Shown here piece by piece: positions 58,918 through 64,000 of a DNA stretch of 64,000 nucleotides. Source of the DNA: a virus (lineage: Duplodnaviria; Caudoviricetes); the IMG/VR virus record IMGVR_UViG_3300033463_000029, positions 71,164-135,163 of that record; one strand, given 5' to 3'. Every line of letters starts with the position of its first letter. Within the stretch, counting starts at the first letter, position 1. The notes beneath the pieces are model-generated. The model searched no databases. It saw only the letters and a program-made list of their open reading frames with translations, and was not told the DNA's origin. A program made the position numbers and the translations under genes.

Positions 58918-58939
58918 ACCGAAGATTCGGTCTATTTTT
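58911..58939 (+). terminator. Terminator after the nucleotidyltransferase
   Basis: 13-bp stem aaaatagaccgaa/ttcggtctatttt. Confidence 0.75.
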
Positions 58940-58964
58940 ATTAGCATATCGCCCGCATGCATAA

Positions 58965-59000
58965 TAAAAATCGTCTCCTTGTTTTATCAAAGAGACGATT
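58965..59000 (-). terminator. Terminator after 59020..61989
   Basis: Stem aatcgtctc/gagacgatt with a minus-strand T-tract. Confidence 0.6.
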
Positions 59001-59019
59001 TATTAAAATGTTTGTGAAA

Positions 59020-61989
59020 TTAGATTCTCTTGAAAATTCTGATTCCAGACGCAGACTCAACAAGTCTGTAACCCCTCTGCTGTAGAGATTCTGCAAATGC
59101 AGATGCACCAGTAGCGGAAGATCTTGATTTGTATGCATCATATGTATCTGCTGCGTCCAAAATCGTTTCGATGTCTGGAAGAATTGTTTTTATAATTCTA
59201 GCCTTGGCTTCGATCTTTTCTTTTGTTCCGAGAACATCAACATCAGTCTTCTTCATAAGTTCTGAACCGGCTATATGTTTAAACGCTTCAAGAACATCTT
59301 TGTGGTCTGCAAGATATTCGAAGTCACCGGAGTTTACAATTGTATTACCAAACTTAGCAACATCTCTAATATCCGCCACTATCGTATCAATGTTTCTAGA
59401 TATTGTTCTCTTAAGAGAATTATCAGAAATGAGTCCAAGATTCTTTCTTATTGTTCCGATTGCAATTCTCAATGAACTTGCATATCCTGTAACCTTTGTC
59501 ACATCGGAAGTAAATGAATCCACATCAACACCGGATGGTCTAACTTCACTTTGGTCGATAACATCAGATAGCTTCTTCTGCTCTTCCTCTCTTGTTTTCA
59601 AATTTGTATTTAAATCTACAATGTAGTCATAAACCTTTCCCTTTAGAGGAGTTTCGCCCAATTCGTCGGCTATGTTGTTGTATTTCTGAATAAGGTCATC
59701 TAATGTTTTTGCAATGTCCTTAAAGTTTATCACAATCTCTTTATCTGAGAGTGAACCATCTCTTATAACAGTCATTTTGTCAACAACATTGAACAAATTA
59801 GAAACAAATTCAGAAACGTTATTATACGCTACATCGTTTGATTCTATTTCATCTGCACCATGTTTTGTATAGAAACCAAGTACACCGTCTATCAATGTTG
59901 GGATAAAGAGAAATACTTTTCTAACCTGATCCAAATCTACACCAGCAGCAGATGCTTTATTTTTCTCAAAAGCGCCCTTTATGACGGCATAAGCATCTTG
60001 TCTCAAATTATCGTTTTCAAGGTTTTCCTTAACCTGCTTTATTGCGCCAAACACCTTTCCAATATTTTCAGAAAAGTCTCCAATTTCTCCCTGCAATCCA
60101 ATCTTCGAAAGAGCTCTGCTTGCTACAGTCTGCATTCTCTTAATGTTTTCTTCCTTAACATTAACGTTAATTTTATATTCTTTAGCCATCTTGTCTGGGA
60201 AAAGAAGACAAACTGTTGCAGGAGCAGCTTTATCTGAAGATAGATTCGAAGGTTCGTATGATCCTCTTTTTGCTGATGTACCGGACAACTTGACATCCAT
60301 AATTGATTTTATTATATCAACCAATTCATCCTTGCTCCCTTGTTCTATGTCATCAACCGTATACGTAGGACAGGTATCCTTTAAACGTATACCACAGCCA
60401 AATGCAATACACTTCAAGAACTTTTCGCTCAAAGAATTTATCAACTTCTCGTTAAGAGGGTTGTGTTTTTCCGCCGCAAGAACAAAATTGTTTCTACAGG
60501 TGCTTATGTCGTTTGAATTTATATCCTTAAAGAAAACAGTTTTTCTATCATCTCCAGCATATCCCTTAAAATTGTAATTAAGTTCGCATACGAATTTTTC
60601 TTTTTTGGGATCTTCATTTAAGGTCCAAGAACCTCTTCCGAACAAAATGTCCATAACCCTATCAAAAGTTTCATCTTCTGATGCTCTATTTAGGTCAAAA
60701 ACAGATGATATATATCTTCTTGAATAATCAGACGCACTCTTTGTAAGATGGTTGCAGAGCCACCAATATGCACAAGAGTATACCCATTTTGCAACAGTCG
60801 TGTCTTCATCCTTCGTTACTTCATTAGGAGTCATACCAAACTCTTTAAAGGAACCAAACATCCTTTCATAATAATCGTTTCTGTCCTTTATTGTATTATA
60901 AATCGTGTTAGAGTCTGATACGCTTGTAAGATTTCTAGAGTCATCCTTCAGGTAAACAAGAGTTGGGTATTTTGCAGATGGAGTATAAGCATAAACCATA
61001 CTTATAAGACCATTCTTTGTTGTGAATATCTTAATACCTTTAAATTTTCCTCTTACGCTAAGATCTCTTGCGATTTCAAACGGATTGTCGATAACGTCTA
61101 CATCAGAGTCATTTATGTTACCCCAAGGAATAGTTATTATTGGGTCTATGACATCAAAAAGGATTCTCTTGTTAATGTTTTTGACGATTTTTGCATTTCC
61201 ACTTAACTCCTGTCCATGCCTTGCTGGTATCAATGCAGACAACTTTGTCCCCATTTCTTCATTAAGGGATGATATATACTTTTCGCCAAGATTGAATCTT
61301 TTCTTAGCCTCTATTAAAAGTTCACTTTTCATATCTTGATTTTCAGATTTACTTTCATTTGCATCACCAGAAAGACGTTTAATGTACTTATTAGCCTGAA
61401 GCTGATTAAATTTGTTAATCATCTTTATTTCAACATCTCCTGTAACAACGCCCGGAGCATTCTCATAATCTATTGGTCTTGGAATGTTTCTAACAACTAC
61501 ACTTCCATCAACCTTCTTTGGGAATCCAACTGGAAATAGTTTAACGTCATTCTTTCCAAATAGATTTGACAATTCTATATTTCCTATCAGTTCATCAAAT
61601 ATAACCCCCGTTTCGCACACAGCAACAACACCAGCTATGTTTTCATTTGTTATGTCTAGGTGTAGAACAACAGTTTCTTCGTCTGTTATGAAATAAGATT
61701 CTTCTGTATTTTCACAAGAGAAAAGATTAGCAACTGGACTTACATCCGGAAGGTTTTCTTTCATTGTTTTGACAATTTCACCGAACACTTCGTCGTATTT
61801 TCCGGTTCTTCTTGCAAAAGCAATATCGGCAAGTCTAGCTGCTCGCTTCTTTTCTTCATCTGAAGCTGAATCTGCCTGCTTAAATATTTCAACGTCGTCT
61901 ACGGTTTTTTCACCAGACTGGATTTCGTCATCCAAGTCATAGAGATCCAAACTAGTTACACGTCCTTCTGTTATTTTAAGTTTCTTCAT
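59020..61989 (-). CDS. Large late hypothetical protein whose N-terminal domain is paralogous to the C-terminus of the upstream gene
   Basis: Start set at MKKLK, after ATAAATA elements at 61998-62004 and 62038-62044. Confidence 0.75.
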   Translation of the reverse strand: MKKLKITEGRVTSLDLYDLDDEIQSGEKTVDDVEIFKQADSASDEEKKRAARLADIAFARRTGKYDEVFGEIVKTMKENLPDVSPVANLFSCENTEESYFITDEETVVLHLDITNENIAGVVAVCETGVIFDELIGNIELSNLFGKNDVKLFPVGFPKKVDGSVVVRNIPRPIDYENAPGVVTGDVEIKMINKFNQLQANKYIKRLSGDANESKSENQDMKSELLIEAKKRFNLGEKYISSLNEEMGTKLSALIPARHGQELSGNAKIVKNINKRILFDVIDPIITIPWGNINDSDVDVIDNPFEIARDLSVRGKFKGIKIFTTKNGLISMVYAYTPSAKYPTLVYLKDDSRNLTSVSDSNTIYNTIKDRNDYYERMFGSFKEFGMTPNEVTKDEDTTVAKWVYSCAYWWLCNHLTKSASDYSRRYISSVFDLNRASEDETFDRVMDILFGRGSWTLNEDPKKEKFVCELNYNFKGYAGDDRKTVFFKDINSNDISTCRNNFVLAAEKHNPLNEKLINSLSEKFLKCIAFGCGIRLKDTCPTYTVDDIEQGSKDELVDIIKSIMDVKLSGTSAKRGSYEPSNLSSDKAAPATVCLLFPDKMAKEYKINVNVKEENIKRMQTVASRALSKIGLQGEIGDFSENIGKVFGAIKQVKENLENDNLRQDAYAVIKGAFEKNKASAAGVDLDQVRKVFLFIPTLIDGVLGFYTKHGADEIESNDVAYNNVSEFVSNLFNVVDKMTVIRDGSLSDKEIVINFKDIAKTLDDLIQKYNNIADELGETPLKGKVYDYIVDLNTNLKTREEEQKKLSDVIDQSEVRPSGVDVDSFTSDVTKVTGYASSLRIAIGTIRKNLGLISDNSLKRTISRNIDTIVADIRDVAKFGNTIVNSGDFEYLADHKDVLEAFKHIAGSELMKKTDVDVLGTKEKIEAKARIIKTILPDIETILDAADTYDAYKSRSSATGASAFAESLQQRGYRLVESASGIRIFKRI

Positions 61990-62046
61990 CGTGTGTGTAT
62001 TTATCATTTAATTAAAAGTGAATGACACTCTTTGTGATATTTATCC

Positions 62047-64000
62047 TTAATTGAACACAGAAATTCTCCCAAACTCTATGTTCTTTCCATTTCTAAGTCT
62101 ATTCTCAATTTGCTTTACCCTTGAAAGCGGAATTTTGTTAGACAGAAAACCAAGATCAACGTTTCCTGTAACAGTTGTCGGGAAGTTTTTATCGTTCAAT
62201 AATTTTGGTAAAAATTCAACCTCAAAATCACCGTCTATTACTTTTGGAAAACCATCAGGAAATTCTTCAACTGTATCACAATCATCTACAGATATGTTTC
62301 CGATGATCTTATCGACAATATATTTTGAGCACACGTATAACAAATCGACAAATTTACTGTCTTTTATATCAGTATGAAGTATTATCGTTTCGTCGTCTGT
62401 TATGAAATATGTGTTCTCGTCATTTTCACATTTAAATTCGCTTTCAACAGGAGAAACATTTGGAAATCGTTCTTTCATAACGTTGATGATTTCACCAAAA
62501 ACTTCCTCATACTTTCCGGTTCTTCTTGCAAAAGCAAGATCTGCCAATCTTGATGATTTCTTTTTTTCTTCATCACTGAGACTATCATGCTTTTTAAAGT
62601 ATTCTATATCATCTACAGAAATACGCCCAGCTTGAATTTCGTCATCCAAATCATAATTATCAAGATTTTCTACTCTACTTTCATTAACGTCGGATGAATC
62701 ATCATCGTCCAAAGAATTTTGTATACGAAGTTTATTGACAACCATAAATTTAGAATCGGCTGCAATAGAATTTCTAACATCTTCCTTTACCTCAGACATC
62801 GTCATAGAATAAGAGTCGTCATATATTAAATAGAACATTTTCTCTGTGCATGATGGATTCAATCCATCTGCTTCTATGCTGTCTCCTGTTCCGGTGATAC
62901 CAGAATGGTCTGAAAGTATAATGATGAAATCGATTTCTCCGTCTAATTCTCCTCTATCTGTATAGTTTTTGTATATATGTTTGTATACCGCGTCAGGAGA
63001 CGTTCCACCGCTCCTTATCTTAACTCCGTTATCATTAAATATATCATATGCGTCTTCTGGACTCATATCAATATATCTGTCTCTATCGTAAACGCTATCA
63101 GCAAACAGATGGAAATCTACACTTTGGAAGTTATTTTGCATCAGGAGCTCAGAAACTTCTTTAAGCATCGATATAACAAATCCTATAGCAGAACCAGACG
63201 TATCAAGATAAACCAGACACTTTTTCAAAGAATCTTTTGTTCTATATGAATTCTTCATATAGAGTCCAGATCTTGATGCGACATTTTTGTTGAAATGTCT
63301 ATATTCTTTATTCGTTGAATAGGATGAGATGTAATCCTGAAGCTCTCCTTTCCAGTCAATGTCACTATCAACTGCCTCTTTAAGAGAGGCAATCATATTT
63401 TCGTTTGATTCTTTAATTCCTTCGTTTGCCGCCGGGACATTGGCTCGTTCATTGCTTCTCATCTGAGCACCAGTAGCCTTTAACGCGTTTAGGACATCGT
63501 TATCATTTCCCTCTACACCATAATCGTCCTTTGCATTAGTTTCCGCATTAAGTTCATCCAATATTTCTTTAGCTTCTTCATCTGTTAATACTTTATCGGA
63601 GAATTTTCCGGACTTATCTCCGGTATTTCTCATAGCGACTTTATCGCTTCCCCCATATTCACTTTCGGCTTTTTCTAAAGTATCCTCATATTCTTCTGCG
63701 GTCATCTTCTGTGAACCAGACGATCCGCTTCCGCCTCCATTTTGATTAGAACTTCCAGTGTCGTTGCCGCCATCAGAACCAGAATCATTGCCAGATTCTC
63801 CACCGTTTCCTTCTGAATCGCTTCCATTAGAATCATTTCCCTTACCGGAACCAGGCTCTATTTCATCTGAAGAATCGGAACCACCATTATTCGAATTTGA
63901 ATTTTCTCCATCCTTTCCCCCATTTTCTCCATTTTCTCCATTTGAATCCCCACCTTTGTTGGAACTTGAAGAATCTTCTCCGGATTTATCACCATCGCCC
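62047..64000 (-). CDS. vWA-domain protein (DUF2201-like architecture), 5' end outside the window
   Basis: The frame appears open to the window end through a G/S/D/E/N low-complexity linker. IDWKGEL, MIDAS YLDTSGS, SGGT and ILSD. Confidence 0.8.
   Translation of the reverse strand, partial: GDGDKSGEDSSSSNKGGDSNGENGENGGKDGENSNSNNGGSDSSDEIEPGSGKGNDSNGSDSEGNGGESGNDSGSDGGNDTGSSNQNGGGSGSSGSQKMTAEEYEDTLEKAESEYGGSDKVAMRNTGDKSGKFSDKVLTDEEAKEILDELNAETNAKDDYGVEGNDNDVLNALKATGAQMRSNERANVPAANEGIKESNENMIASLKEAVDSDIDWKGELQDYISSYSTNKEYRHFNKNVASRSGLYMKNSYRTKDSLKKCLVYLDTSGSAIGFVISMLKEVSELLMQNNFQSVDFHLFADSVYDRDRYIDMSPEDAYDIFNDNGVKIRSGGTSPDAVYKHIYKNYTDRGELDGEIDFIIILSDHSGITGTGDSIEADGLNPSCTEKMFYLIYDDSYSMTMSEVKEDVRNSIAADSKFMVVNKLRIQNSLDDDDSSDVNESRVENLDNYDLDDEIQAGRISVDDIEYFKKHDSLSDEEKKKSSRLADLAFARRTGKYEEVFGEIINVMKERFPNVSPVESEFKCENDENTYFITDDETIILHTDIKDSKFVDLLYVCSKYIVDKIIGNISVDDCDTVEEFPDGFPKVIDGDFEVEFLPKLLNDKNFPTTVTGNVDLGFLSNKIPLSRVKQIENRLRNGKNIEFGRISVFN

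Noticed and set aside
1-64000. Lak-like TAG-to-Gln or genome-wide TGA recoding
   Set aside because: Core genes are intact in the standard code. TAG at 58915-58917 runs into a terminator, and TGA is used in many ATGA/TTGA overlaps.
63720-64000. Repetitive ttctcca tract as a non-coding repeat
   Set aside because: It encodes the G/E/N/S linker of the vWA protein in an open frame.

Overview
A gene-dense, AT-rich 64-kb segment, mostly encoded on the minus strand, from a large T4-like contractile-tailed jumbo/mega-phage that reads cleanly in the standard genetic code. It carries packaging genes (TerL, which runs off the window start, and TerS), virion genes (major capsid protein, prohead protease/scaffold fusion, sheath, tube, gp6-like and gp25-like baseplate, probable tape measure) and replication/recombination genes (primase, gp41 helicase, gp32 SSB, gp46/47, RuvC-like resolvase, probable clamp, and only the C-terminal half of a split PolB). 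Auxiliary genes include nrdD/nrdG with a formate channel between them, pncA, two adenine MTases, a truncated ribosomal protein S1, a Stealth-GT2 fusion and a degenerate SET domain. Ten TAnnTTTG promoter elements, a DUF4494-like gene and a Bacteroidota-style S1 point to an anaerobic Bacteroidota host. A separate T4-late-like ATAAATA element precedes the structural genes. The strongest novel candidate is a virion glycosylation system: a late Stealth+GT2 enzyme lies directly downstream of the capsid gene, and a D-[AS]-S motif is enriched in probable surface regions of the capsid, sheath and other virion proteins. All family calls come from motif recognition by eye; no searches were run.
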